This document shows, in pieces, positions 12,459 through 25,429 of a stretch of DNA of 64,000 bases. The position numbers and the translations under genes were made by a program. The notes below the pieces were generated by a model. The model searched no databases and was not told where the DNA came from. It was given only the letters and a program-made list of their open reading frames with translations. Source of the DNA: Lama glama (taxonomy: Eukaryota); contig CM052816.1 of assembly GCA_028534125.1 (NCBI GenBank), forward strand, positions 12,836,001 to 12,900,000. The letters run 5' to 3'. Position 1 is the first letter of the stretch, and every line of letters begins with the position of its first letter.

Positions 12459-12600
12459 TGTATTAGGTAAGACTTTTTTTTGGCAAGTGACAGAACCCTA
12501 CTTAAACCACATTCAGCCAAAGGAATTAATTGTCTCATTTAACTGGAAATCCAAGGACATTTGCAGTTTAAGGCAGATCTAGGGCCTCAGACTAGACAGC
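12459..12600 (-). mobile_element. MLT1K/J-like LTR fragment
   Basis: 'tgtattaggtaagacttttttttggcaagtgacagaaccctacttaaacc...aactggaaatccaagg'. Confidence 0.55.
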
Positions 12601-13845
12601 CATGTGCCCACCCTTCCCCCTCTGTACCTGGAATAGCAGAGGCCGTGTGTGGTTTGGACTTGTCAGTGTATTGTATTGCTTTTGGTTCTTAAAACGGCCA
12701 CAGTTTGCACCTCCCGGGGTGTTCCTACTGAAGCGTGCTAAGCAGTGGATTATTCAAATGGGGAGCGCTGGTGTCCCTGACCTGGAGTTTGATGTGTATC
12801 TCTCCCTCCCTCTCTCACTCTCTCCCTCCCTCTCTCTGCCGTTGAATACAGATGTGAAGGTGTGTTTACACAGAAGCAAAGCATGTTTCCTTTTCCTCAG
12901 CCAGACCCAGAGATCCTGGGACACATTGACTTTTTGTCCTTTTGAAAAAGACAGAATATTTGGACATTTTTTCGGCTTTTCTCCATGTGCCCAACCTTTT
13001 CCTCTTTTTACTTTATTTGTTAACAGTTGATTTGGATCCTGCAACCAGCTCGCCTGTGCCAAAGAAGGGCGCTGGAATCATGGAAAGCCCAAGAAAGTGG
13101 AACTATACATAGCACATCATAACCTTTTCCCCCACGTGCCCTTCCGCTATAATTGTTATTTAAAATAGGCTCAGCCCCTAGGCTGGAGCCCCTCAACTCT
13201 TGCCATACGTCCACTCTCCTTGCATGTTCGATGGTATGGATTTAATGTGCCATCAAGTCCTAAAGACCTTCTTTCCCAATATCCTAAGCCTCAAGGAGTT
13301 CAGATTTAGTAATTGAAATGGCCAAGGACCCTGCCTATGTGAATCTACAAAGGGAGGAGTCTACAGCCCCAAGAGCCCAAAGCAATGGGTTTAACCAGTA
13401 GAGCTGCCCCCGGAAACCTCACTTGGTTACGTGATACCTTCTATAAATTGTGCAGCTCCTGTCAGCATGAGGAGAGACTTCTGATGTCTGTCCTGTGGTC
13501 ACACGTGGCCCTGGCTGACTTACACACCTGAATCCAGTTCCTCTATGAGCACTGTGTCGAATTAACCTTCTAGGTGGTTGTGGCCAAACTTCATTTCTCC
13601 TGAATTGCATCATTGCAGTTCTTCACTCAGTAACGTGGCTGTAAAGCAAAGAGAAGCTGAACTGAAGGACTAACTCCAGGACAAACCCCACAAGACAGTG
13701 TCTGGGCAGCTTACGAGCTGCCAGGGGACCCATCGTGTGGTCAGGCTTCTGATGGGTTGTCCCGACACCTGGCCATCCAGGCTGCCATTTTTCTCTGACT
13801 CATGGTGGATTCTGAAGGTCTTTATTTATAACCCAAAGAAACTTT

Positions 13846-13863
13846 CACACACATAAACACACA

Positions 13864-13893
<30 letters not shown>
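13846..13893 (+). repeat. (CA)n microsatellite
   Basis: Read directly: imperfect then perfect CA run. Confidence 0.95.
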
Positions 13894-13894
<1 letters not shown>

Positions 13895-14359
13895 CCCATA
13901 AAGGACAGGGAAATCTTTCAAGGAACTTTAATAAATGATGTTCTTTAATGGACGTGGTGCTTCCCACAGTTCTCCAGGCTCTGTCTAGTGATCTAATATT
14001 CCTACCTGGTCATCACATTTCCTGCACAAAGAGAGGAGTGCTGAAACATCTTGTTTGAGAAAGACCCTGCAGCTGTGCAAATACAGTTTGCCTGAACATT
14101 AATCCGTCTCTCACGTGCGCCTTCCTTCTTCAAATAGCAAGAATTCCAAGTGCAGGGGCTTAGCGTCTGTGCTCTACGAGTTCTCGGTTATGCTAAAGCT
14201 GAGTTGTAGTGACATCTCCCCAGCATCCTCTGGGTATTTGGATTCCGGGTTTTCATGGGAAACAATGGACGTTCCTCTCTGAGCCACCTGGCCCAAGAGT
14301 TTCAGCATCATATTTAATCCTGACCCACTCAGTGAAGGCTCCCTTAATGGCTCTAGGCA

Positions 14360-14880
14360 TCTTTCGTTTATTCAAAAATACCAGGTGCTTGTTGTATGCC
14401 AGCCACAGTATTGAGAGCCGAGGAGACAAAGATGAATAAGAGTATCTGCCTTCAAGGGGCTTGCAGCCTAAATGAAGAGCAAGTCTTACAACACAGGGCG
14501 ACAACGCTCTGTGAATCAGGATGGAGTAATAGCCAAAAAGGGGAACGGGACCAACTTTGGACCAGGAGCTGTGCCTCAGGAAGGCTTCCGAGAAGATACC
14601 TGAGCCTGGGGATTGAGGAACAAGTAGGAAAGGCGAGGGCCGGGAATTCCAGGCAGAAGGGCAAAGTCATTGAGCTGCAAAAGAAGTGTGAAAAGGGAAG
14701 TCTAATGAGCTGGAGGGGGCCTGGGAGAGGGAGCAGGTGGCAGACTTGATGGGAGTCAAACACTCAAGGCCTCTGAGTCATTCTGAAGTGTGGAGTCGTG
14801 AAAGGCTTCCCACCAGAGCGGTCATTTGATCAGGTCTGTCCTTCTGAAAATTAACTCCTGGCTCTAGAGTGGCAGACGGC
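14360..14880 (-). mobile_element. L2 LINE 3' fragment
   Basis: 'ttattcaaaaataccaggtgcttgttgtatgccagccacagt...ggagacaaagatgaataag...aattccaggcagaagggc' is the antisense L2 end. Confidence 0.7.
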
Positions 14881-15436
14881 AAGTCACATTGTACTTACTT
14901 TCCATGTCAAATAATTCGTCATTTATACGGCTTCTCTTCTTTGTGAGTCTACTCCAGAGATGGTGAATATATGCTTCAGTCCCCCTCTTTCTGCAGCCAG
15001 GAGAGATGTTGCTAATTAGTTTAAACATCTTTCTTCCCAGAGTCAGAGACAGACCAGAACTCTTCTTTCAACCACCATATTCAAGAGTTCACTGTCAACT
15101 GCGTGGAGTTGGCGTGGACTTGAGTCGTGTCCTCCACCCCTGGCCTATTGCCTGCAGGGCCTCACCGTTCTCTACACCATCTGATGTCTGCTTCCTCGTG
15201 TACTCAGTGTATCCCCAGCATAAGGCACGCATTTCCAGTGCAGCGCAGTCTCTCTCCCTTTCTTTCCCTTTTCCTCCCTCTCAGCATGGCTGCCTCTGGT
15301 TCCTCGCTTTCTCTGGCATGAGGGTCCTGAGTCCATTATGTTTCCCAAGTCCGGGAGATGTGTATCGCGTTCTCCACTGGTTCTCTCGGGTACCCGCTGG
15401 CTTGGCTGAAGGTGAGAGGAAAGCACACACCCACTC

Positions 15437-15745
15437 CTGTCCAGGCTAGATTTCCTGGAAGTTGACTCTGAGACAGAATTTAATGTGTAGGTGGATTCCT
15501 AAGAAGTGCCTTTGGGATCAATCCCTGTGGGAGGGAAGAGATGAAGGCAGGTGCACGGCGGGGAGTGGACCAGCTCTGGGGCCCAGTGGCAGCCTCAGCC
15601 CTGCCTTCCAGGAGCTCTGAGCTCTATCAGCCCTCAGAGTTGTCCAAAGATGGCCTGTCCTTCGTACCCCAACCTGAGTCAGCCACGGATGAGGGCCCCA
15701 GGAGCGGATGTGACCTTGGCTGGGGTAGCTGTCTGAGGCTGACAC
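15437..15745 (-). mobile_element. ERVL LTR16-like solo LTR
   Basis: 'gactctgagacagaatttaatgtgtaggtgg...gcctcagccctgcc...ggagctctgagct...ccctcagagttgtcc...gaccttggctggggtagct' follows the recalled LTR16C consensus. Confidence 0.65.
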
Positions 15746-16251
15746 AAACTCAAAGAAATTCTCTCTCCTTCCCCCAGTCTCTCCTAGTTCAGCTGCTTTC
15801 TGAGAGGATCACTAAGGCTATCAGAGCCAGTTTTACAATTTCTCACTAATGTGCTACACACAGTACCTTGTAACGATAAATGGATTCTGATAATTGGATG
15901 TTGGAGACCATGACTTGTATTCCTGTAATGCTCCATGTCAGAGCAGTTATGAAACCCCCAAATCTCAAGCGGTCTTTTCTGTGATCACTTGATATGCCCT
16001 GGTTTGGAGTTTGGAAAATATAGTTACATGTACAAAGAGATTAGCATAAGTCCAGGCACATAAAGGGTGCCCCCATATCTGTGGTTCTGACTCAGTGGCT
16101 TTTCCCTGAGAAGCTGTAATTGAGCCACTCTGTCAGTTTGACTTCTGGCTGCTCCCAGGGCCTTTAGCTTCCTAAGTGCTTCTGAGAGGAGCCTCATCCC
16201 GGGTAACTTCAGCTCTCTCTCTGTGCCAATTATAATTTATCCCCATCTTCA

Positions 16252-16981
16252 CTTAGAATGATGATCTCCAGGTCCATCCATGTTGCTGCAAACGGCATTA
16301 TTTTATTCTTTTTTATGGCTGAGTAGTATTCCATTGTATAAATATATCACAGCTTCTTTATCCAGTCATCTGTCGATGGACACATAGGTTGTTTTCATGT
16401 CTTGGCTGTTGTATATAGTGCTGCTAATGACCATTGCGGGGCAGGTGTCTTTTTGAATTAAGGTTTCCTCTGGATACATGCCCAGGAGTGGGATTGCTGG
16501 ATCATGAGTCTATTTTTAGTTTTTTGAGGAATCTTCATAGTGTTTTCCATAAGGGCTGCCAGAAGGAGAAAGAAAAATACCATATGATATCACTCATATG
16601 TGGAATCTAAAAAAAAGGAAAAAAAGAGGACACTGATGAACTCATCCACAAAGCAGAAACAGACTTACAAACATAGTAAACAATCATATGGTCACCAGGG
16701 GAAAGGCGGTGGGAAGGGATACATTTGGGAGTTTGAGATTTACAAATGTTAGCTACTATTTATATATAAATCGATTTCAAAAACCCAAGTATCTTCTGTA
16801 TAACACAGGGAACTATATTCAACATCTTGTAATGACCTTTAATGATAAAGAATATGAAAATGAATATATGTATGTATATGCATGACTGGAACATTGTGCT
16901 GTACACTGGAAATTGGCACATTGTAACTGACTGTACTTCCATTAAAAGTTAAATAAATTTAAAAATGAAAAATAAAATAAA
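16252..16981 (+). mobile_element. Young, 5'-truncated and 5'-inverted L1
   Basis: Antisense L1 ORF2-end sequence at about 16252-16558, then sense 3'UTR and A-rich tail to 16981. TSD ATAATTTATCCC(C/A)ATCTTCA at 16232-16251 and 16982-17001. Confidence 0.92.
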
Positions 16982-17269
16982 ATAATTTATCCCAATCTTC
17001 AGGGGAGCCTGTTTACCCCCTTTTCCTCTCAGGATAAATGAAACAAATCACACTGTTCTCTTTAGTTTTTCCTGTCGGCGTCCCCAGATGAATTCCTATG
17101 TAGTGTGTTATTACTGCCATATTAAAAAGCCATCGTTGAAGATTAGATTTACCTTGTAATTCTGCTCTTCCCAAGCCAAAAAGGGGGTAGAGGGGAGAAG
17201 ACTAAATGAAAGAAATATACCAGGAAATCGGTAGATCGCTGCCCTGTATCCAGATCTGGATTTTAAGTC

Positions 17270-17410
17270 AGGAAGCTATTGTTTGAGGTTCGGGCTCTGA
17301 AATGACCTCAGATATGTTACTTCTTCACTCTCTCTGCCTCGGGTTCCTTATCAATAAAATGAAAACACTGGACGAACTCTGACTTTCGTCCAAAGTTTCT
17401 TTAATTCTAT
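17270..17410 (+). mobile_element. MIR (MIR3/MIRc-like)
   Basis: 'tgacctcagatatgttacttcttcactctctctgcctcgggttccttatcaataaaatgaaa'. Confidence 0.65.
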
Positions 17411-19099
17411 GGGCGGAGTTTCTGGAGGTATGGTCTGCCTGCAGTGGACGGAGCACTAACGTTGACAAGCAGGCAGAGGTATGAGAGCTAGCAACAAACA
17501 CTGGGCAGGAATGATCAAAAAGGCAGGAAAGAAGTGAAAAAGGTGTAGGAAAAAGCAAGAAAAGAGAAGATCTTGTGAAGGAAAGATTAATCCACAGAGT
17601 CCAATGTTCTTTTGAGGTCAAATAATACAAGGACTGAAAAGAAATGGATGTTTGATTTTGGTGACCAAGAAGAGCGATTAGATGAGAGAATAGAGAAAGA
17701 GAAAGAAACACCCCAAAGTATTATGACCGGTTCCCTTGGGGTGGGGAGGGGAGTATTGGAGAGAAAGCCATCAGAGATTATTAACTTAAAAAAAAACTCG
17801 TTTATTATTTGACCTTGTATTATTTTTATCATTTAAAAAAATCCAAATCAAAGAATGAATGAGAAGTGAAAAAGTAAAGTCAGCAACTATAAATTCTACT
17901 TCCGAGAAGTTTATCTGGTTAGTATGGGTGTTTTACACAAGATTTTGTGGCCAAAAAAGAAAGGAGACAAAGTGAAAACAATTTTTTTAAATTATTCACA
18001 TTTGACTCAGATTTTCCCATACCACCGCCATAGCTCATCTCCAAAGTCCTTTCCACTGACAGGTAAGAAGGAAGAGCACGCTGAACAGAGCACATAGGAC
18101 CTGATGTATAATCAGCTCCTTCCACTGACAGATTCATCTTGCAAGCTGCACTTGTGCTGCCTGTAGATTTCTCTGTATTGACTGGTCATGTCAAGCAGGG
18201 TTTTGGGAACTCTAATCTAAGCTGGTTTTGCATTATTGTGACAGCCCTGACACGCGCTCTTAGTGAGGTACGGCTCCGAAGAGCACAGTTCAGAGGTAAG
18301 CTAGCAGCCTCTCCCTCACCGATGTTTCTAACTGCCCTGTAGAGCTTCAGAAAGCTTAACAGCTTTCCCTCGGGGTGAGATGGAATCTCTCACTCTGGCC
18401 CAAATACTGGGCACCATCCATAAACCCAACTGGAGGAAGAAGAGGTAAAGGTAAGCAGAAAGAAACTGCTATCTTAAACCATGTTTTAAAAGACATTTTT
18501 GCATAGTTAGAGAAAAGGTTGGCATTTTGTCAACTTCCTAGGACATCTTGAAAAAAAAGTTTTGCTGTATAAGTGTGTTTGGAGGAGAAAAGGGAGAAAA
18601 AAACAGAAAAACCTTTTGAGCTAGGAATGAAAGACACTATTGTAAACTTGGCACTGCTGGAGCATTGAAAAGAATGAGACAAAGACAGGGGTAGGGAGGT
18701 GGCTGGAGGGAGCTCAGTCACTTAGCAGTAGAATTTTCTCATGTTCTTTTAGTGAAATGCTTGAAAATCTTTTTTTTTTTGTAAAACTTTATTCTGTATA
18801 ATATGAGGTAAAAAGTCCCCTCTGGTCACAGCAGTGCATCACATCACCTAAGGTACCTCTTTTCTATAGAAAACTTTTCTCTAATCACCAGCAAGGCCAC
18901 ATACTTTGGCTGAAATGTCTACTGTTCAAAGTAAGGAAGGAATTTTTAGGACACAGTCAAGTGGTAATCAATACAACAAATGAGAATCAGTGTAATGAAG
19001 AATAAAGGGTAGAGGGTAAGTACAGTGAATGGCTCTAAGTGAGCCCATCCCTCTTACCTGATTATCCTACTGCCTATTGATAGGAGAAATAACAACCAT

Positions 19100-20625
19100 C
19101 AAGGATGAACCGCCTTAGCTTTCCTAACTGGCACATCTCAATTCATACTCGCACCCAGACTGTGTTCTTTCCCCTCTGCTCCATCAGGAGAGATGCTATC
19201 CATCTACTCAAGGCTAACTCCTTGGTCCGTTCCATTCTGGTTTCTTCAAAGACTTTTTCCCATCACTTCTGGCTTCCATTCTCCTGTATCTCTAGCCGCC
19301 ATTTTTTTTTCTATTCAATGCCAACATATTCATTTTCTCCAACTTTTTTTCCCCTTTGTCCAATCATGAAATGGTCCGACCATGCTACACTTCCAAGCTT
19401 TCTGCTGTTCTTCTTGTTACTGAGATTCTTTCTGGGTTGTCCTCTCACTTCTCCAGTTCCGCGTGCCCATTCACTTACCTCTGAATTTTACTCCTACTGT
19501 CCACCGAACACACTATTGGCTCAAGTCATCAGTGACCCCCCCAGTTGCCAAATATGATGGACATTTTTCAGTCCTTGCTCATATCTCTATGACCTGAGAC
19601 TCCAACCATAATCCCCTCTTGCAAGTCTGCCTTCGTTGGGTTCTGTACCATTAAAGCCCTGGTTTGACTCTTTTCCCTCTGATGGCTCTTAGTGCCTATG
19701 TAGACTTCTCTTCTTCTCTCAAGCCCATTGCGGCCCCTTCACCTCTTTTCTCTGTGTCCCCTCTGTCTGAGTGACCTCATTATCCATTCCAGTGGCTCCA
19801 GACCTAGATGTCTCCACCAGCAGACTGTCTCAGAGCCTGTTCAGACCCACGGTGACCAAATTGAACTTCATTATCTCTCCAACGAGCTCTTCTTCCCTAG
19901 CTGCTCCCGTATCTCATTGAAAGGTACCATTTCTCGCCAAGTTGCCTTATCCAGAAACCTGGAAATCATCCATGGAACCTCTTCCCTCGACTCCTTCTGT
20001 CCTATTTCTTCCTCCTTAATAAATGTCCATTCGGCCCAGCTGTCTCTACCTGTAAATAGCAGAGCAATCGAACAACTTTTCTCTGTCCTTATTATCACCG
20101 TCACGGTTCTTCTGGATTGCAAGTCTCCCTCCTTCCAGTCTTGCTCCTCGCTAATTCATCACACTACAGTCCAATAGTGTAACTTTATAAGGCCCTTTGA
20201 TATCTGTGCTCTGTCCAAATATCTATCCTTAACTTATGCCTCCTATTCAACAATTATATGACTTTAAAGTTCTCCCTGCTCTGGGATTCTCTAAGCTTTC
20301 CATTGCTTTTCTCTCTGCCTTTTTTGCCTCTTACTGGTTCTTAGGGTCTGTTCCTTCAGGACACCTCCTTGTTCACTGTAGGAAGTCAAATCGGGGCGGA
20401 GAGAGCTAGCTCTCCCTACTCACCTCCAGGTATGCCCTCTGCCATTACTCCCAAATTTATGGTCATTACTTAATTGTCTCATCTCCTCTGCTACAGTATA
20501 AGCTCAGAAAGGGAAAGAAAAATACTTCACTTGTTTTCCAGAGTATCTCTTGGAATTAGAATAGCGTTCTATTCATTGAAGTGGCTCAGTTTGTTTAACA
20601 CCAGATAAACGAGTGAATAAATGAC
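19100..20625 (+). mobile_element. Long degenerate L2 LINE (ORF2 end plus 3' end)
   Basis: CT-rich L2 motifs ('ggctcaagtcatcagtgacccc...gttgccaaatatgatggacatttttcagtcctt', 'ccagaaacctggaaatcatcc') ending '...gagtgaataaatga'. Confidence 0.8.
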
Positions 20626-21321
20626 TGTCCTAAAATCTATTTGCTCATGAAACAGTGGTTTTTGGTCTACGTTGTTCTGCTACTAAAATAAAATAATGGA
20701 AATATTTTCTCATTTTCAGGGAAAACTAAGGTCTAGAATTATCTTAAGCTGAAGCAAACATGTCATAAGTTTTCCATACCTGCTCCTAGTCATGTGTATT
20801 TCACACTCTATAAAAGACCTTGAGGCCTGAAACAAGTTTGAACATCTCAGCTTGAGCTCTTTTGGAGAAAAAGAGAAAAAAAGGGGAAAAATGGAGATTC
20901 TTTCTATCTTGAACATCTTTCTCTGCTTGGACTCACTCCCACCCCCTACCCCCACATGCACTGGTATATTACTCTTCTCCACTCAAAGGCATCCAGCCAG
21001 GTGGGCCAGCGAGGGTGGAAATCCAGTCTCAGGCCCTAGCTCTGGGACAAGGCTGCAGAGAACCCAGAGGAAGGGATGCCTTTTTTGTAATTTGTGTGCC
21101 CAGAGGGAATACACTTTTGCAGTTTGCACAAAGTCTACCCAAAATGCTAGCAGATGGCCATGTGCCAGCCAGCCCCTAATTTCTTGAACTCCCAGTTCAA
21201 AACTCACCTTGTCTCATGGAAATAGCCCAAAACAGTGACTTCCAAACTGGCCTTTCTACCCCAGTTTCTAGTGCAAATGATCTCAAAGATTGATCTAGTT
21301 GACCACTAGGAAAATTTAGTG

Positions 21322-21821
21322 NNNNNNNNNNNNNNNNNNNNNNNNNNNNNNNNNNNNNNNNNNNNNNNNNNNNNNNNNNNNNNNNNNNNNNNNNNNNNNN
21401 NNNNNNNNNNNNNNNNNNNNNNNNNNNNNNNNNNNNNNNNNNNNNNNNNNNNNNNNNNNNNNNNNNNNNNNNNNNNNNNNNNNNNNNNNNNNNNNNNNNN
21501 NNNNNNNNNNNNNNNNNNNNNNNNNNNNNNNNNNNNNNNNNNNNNNNNNNNNNNNNNNNNNNNNNNNNNNNNNNNNNNNNNNNNNNNNNNNNNNNNNNNN
21601 NNNNNNNNNNNNNNNNNNNNNNNNNNNNNNNNNNNNNNNNNNNNNNNNNNNNNNNNNNNNNNNNNNNNNNNNNNNNNNNNNNNNNNNNNNNNNNNNNNNN
21701 NNNNNNNNNNNNNNNNNNNNNNNNNNNNNNNNNNNNNNNNNNNNNNNNNNNNNNNNNNNNNNNNNNNNNNNNNNNNNNNNNNNNNNNNNNNNNNNNNNNN
21801 NNNNNNNNNNNNNNNNNNNNN
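21322..21821. other. Assembly gap (500 N)
   Basis: Run of 500 N. Confidence 0.99.
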
Positions 21822-21950
21822 ATATATATATATATATAGACACACTGTACATACATACACAACCCTATGCTCATGTACTCTCTCTGTATGTATGTATGTG
21901 TATATACATCCTATTGGTCCTGTTTCTCTGAAGAACCTAAGTAATATATA
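21822..21950 (+). mobile_element. (TA)n/(TATG)n tract plus MLT2-like LTR 3' end
   Basis: 'atatacatcctattggtcctgtttctctgaagaacctaagtaatata' matches the MLT2 terminus, which typically follows a TA-rich microsatellite. Confidence 0.7.
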
Positions 21951-23124
21951 GTCTCATTATCAAGCATCTTACCTGCCTTTACCAGTACTGTAGGCTCCCT
22001 AACTCTCTTCTGCTTCTGTCTTTTTCATTATAACTCATGAGCAGAGTAAGTGTTTTTACCAGGTAACATCCTAAATTCAAGCAACAGAATCCTTTATATC
22101 CAAGCACGGAGGAAAATACATCTTTGCTTGACCAAATTAGTCTAATTGGCCTTGCTCTTGAATCATGTTGATCTTGGACATTTTTAATGAGCAGATTTAT
22201 ATTACAGACCAAGTGTTAAAATTGTTTCAAATTGAAAGGCCCAGTTCGCAATGAAATGAAGCAGATTCTGGTGGATGTTACTGAGCTGCCAATAAGGATT
22301 AATTGAAAACTCAAATGTTCTTTATTATTCGTTAATTAGGTAATTGTTATTCACCCAACCTTCTTGATTCTCCGTGTTAAGTAATCATGCTTCTATTCCA
22401 CCCTAGCCTTTCTGTTCAGTTAACCAATTAATTAAGGACGGGGATGGTCTGCATTTATTAGCATTCTGATGGGAGATTGATTTCCCCGTAGCCCAAACAT
22501 CTACATGTGTTCAGTTCTGGGGCTCAGCTTTCTCTCCTTTTAAGTGATTATCATTTTAATTGAAGATAGTAGGAATTAAAAACCATGCTCTTAGACATCC
22601 ATTCCAATCCAGATCGTTAAAACTGTCCCTTGTAGACAAATGCAAATGTTGATACAAGCGCTAGAAAAGAACCACACGTGGCCACAGCAAGGTACAAATT
22701 GTTACTAGCCGTGGGTTCCTGTGGTCTGGGCCATTCCTGTCCTTGAGGTCTGAAGGGCCAGCAGCTTTGTAGGTGCATCCACTGGCCTGAGGGTTATTCA
22801 AATCTAATTCTTTTTTTTTTTTCCCCCAAGAGGCTTGGAATCCAAAACCATAAATATTTACTGAGTTGAACCGTACCAAATATTAAAAATTAAGATGTTT
22901 TCTCAGAGCCAAAGATATATCGTCCATATTTTAAAGAGCCTCTGGAACATGGGCTACAGGGACTTGAATTATATCCAATGAAACACAGCAAGTCAAATAC
23001 TGGTGAAAGAGGGCTCTCTGGTTCCTGACTGGAGGAAAACCATTTTAATCAATTGGGTCGATGGATAGAAGAATGTTTATTGCGAGTTATGCATTAAAAT
23101 CTACCTTTCGCGTTGTGGGAGAGG

Positions 23125-23369
23125 GTAGAACCAGCTACACACTTTGTGGGACCCAGTTGCCAAGTGAATGGTGGACACACATATTACACTTATCTCCTGT
23201 GCGCACAATGACACTCCATCGTCTCATCAGTCTCCACTTACAAAACACACATTCAAAGACTAAATTATTAAGAATTTCAAAGCTGACAGCAGAGTTTTAG
23301 CCAAGTGGGTCCTTCTGAAGGCTGATCCCTGTGCAGTAGCCAGGTCACACACCCATGATGCTGGCCCTG
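23125..23369 (+). mobile_element. hAT-Tip100 MER45-family element
   Basis: 'aattattaagaatttcaaagctgacagcagag...ccctgtgcagtagccaggtcacacacccatgatgctggccctg' is the MER45 end. Confidence 0.75.
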
Positions 23370-23634
23370 AGTGAGGATGAGAGTCTTCACTCCTTTGTGC
23401 AGGAAAAAAGCTTTGATATTAAACTTTATTTGGTGCTGGGGTGGGTTTCTTTGCAAATAACCCTTTTCATTTAAATTCAAAGATGTCAAAAACATCATCT
23501 AGATAAACTGGCTCTACACTTTCAGGTGTCGGTAAGTTAGCTTTGATCTCATATGACTTTGGCTTCTAAAACGGATCATATCTTTCAAAGAGGAAAATTT
23601 AAGACTAGGACTTTAGGGACCGTGGCTGGAAGTG

Positions 23635-23835
23635 AAGCAGCAGAGTTTAGGAGTTAAGAACATGGCTCTAGAACCAGATAAAGCTTCATTCAATCCAAGA
23701 CTTTTTGTTGTCTTGGTTTGTTGTATGACCTTTAGCACATTTCGCAATCTTTGTTTTCTTTCTAAAAAGAAGTGGGAATAATGATAATGCCACATAGGGT
23801 TATTGAACATATCAGACACAGCCTAGTGTCTGCAT
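23635..23835 (+). mobile_element. MIR SINE
   Basis: 'gagttaagaacatggctctagaaccaga...tgtatgaccttt...gggaataatgataatgccacatagggttattg'. Confidence 0.7.
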
Positions 23836-24409
23836 GTCATACAGAGATCTTTGGGGATGTCACTGAGCTCTTGAAGATTTAGAATCTAGATCTAGACCCC
23901 AACCTCCCTTCCGTCCCAGCCCAGTTCTCAGTGTGTCCTTGACCCCTCAGAGGGCTCACGTGTTCATGGTCCGCTTTGGCTCTGAGGTCCTACTTGTGCT
24001 CAGTTCCTTCAGAGCAGGTATCACCTCATTTTCCCACAGGGCTGTCCCCAGCTAGACAGCCCAGGCATGGAACTAGACTTCATGTCTGGATTTACACATG
24101 CATGTACATAAAAATTCTCCAAGGCTTTTGTGTGTGTAGCCAAAGGTGGGAAGGCAGGAAGTGGAATATGTAGACATTATTATAAGCAGCTTCTCTTAAA
24201 ATAGTCTTCATTTTCACCAATTTGGACTCCAAGCTGCCTCCATCTTAGGAGGAAAGACAATCTGAGACATCCTGACCTGTTTTCTCCTCACTCAGAACAA
24301 TCATGGTCTCCCTCGGTTCCACTCTTTCTTACCAATCTACACGCAGCCCTACAGATACAGCCAACTAGTCCTTTATAAAGTGTTTCCTAAACAAATTTTC
24401 TTTTCTCAC

Positions 24410-24745
24410 TAAGGTTAACATGGTAACATTTTATAAATGAAGAAACCATAAATATTTTGTCCAAGATCATACAGCTAGGAATTGGTGAAGTTAGGATTCA
24501 AACTCATGTTTTTCTGAATGGAGACCCCAAAGGCTGTGTCATGCTTACTTCCAAATGTGAGAATATTCTTTAAATATTCATTATATACCAGTCTCTGTGC
24601 TAAGAGCTTGATGTAATATTTCATCCTCACAATAGCTTTGCTAGGCATTATTATTGCCATTTGACAACAAGTTATTTGAGACACAACAAGATGAAGTAAT
24701 TTGAACAGCCAGTAATGGTAGATTTGGATTCCAAGTCTAGGGCTA
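24410..24745 (-). mobile_element. Two MIR fragments
   Basis: 'ttttataaatgaagaaac...tgtccaagatcatacagctagg...ggattcaaactca' and 'tttcatcctcacaatagc...ttattgccatttgaca'. Confidence 0.65.
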
Positions 24746-25429
24746 TAGGATTGGGGCTTTTAAGAACTGCTAAGTCAATACAGTGCTCAGGGGTAGTCAC
24801 TCCTTACTTGGGGATGTATTTATTCACATCCTCACCCGTCATCACATCCCTTCTCTTCCTCATGCTTCCTGCCTGTATAAATTCAGTGCTGCAGCTTTGT
24901 ATCCAGGATACATACCAAAGAATCAGAAGAAAGGGTAGAAGAGAAAAGGGAGAAATGAAACATTAATACTTCAGACTCTTAGTGTATGAGTTAGGCGGCA
25001 AATGCATTCAGAATAAGGGACTTTAAATATATTTGACAGTGTTTTAGTTTATTTTAGTAAGCTTATTTGAAAATCATCTACACATTTAAAGGCCAGTAAG
25101 AAGGATAAGAAGGGAAAGATGTGGTGCCACTAGAGAAAGGAAAATGGCTTGATTTCTTTCTTTGGTTCCTGGAGATGTGCAACAGGGAGTGAGACCTAAA
25201 CCTCAAATCCTGCGTCACCTGAGCATTTTCATTTCACACAGAATAGCTGCTGTGTTCCAGGGAACTTTGTTGCTCCATGAATTAATGAGGTATGTGCATG
25301 TCCTAAGATGTCCTTTGGACGTAGGGTATCTTCTCAAAGAGCTCAGACTCATCATTCTAAAAGAAGTAGATTGATAAATATAACAATGCTATTTTAGCAA
25401 CGTTCCCTTCCATGACTTGATCTCCCCAC

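Noticed and set aside
19105..20177. Two ORFs of about 150 aa
   Set aside because: They lie in a decayed L2, whose CT-rich composition is stop-poor.
21218..21315. Minus-strand exon-like segment with an AAG|gtgagt donor
   Set aside because: The sequence resembles L2 and abuts a gap; the acceptor context is weak or unreadable.
21197..21951. Long ORFs full of X
   Set aside because: Artefacts of the 500-N gap.
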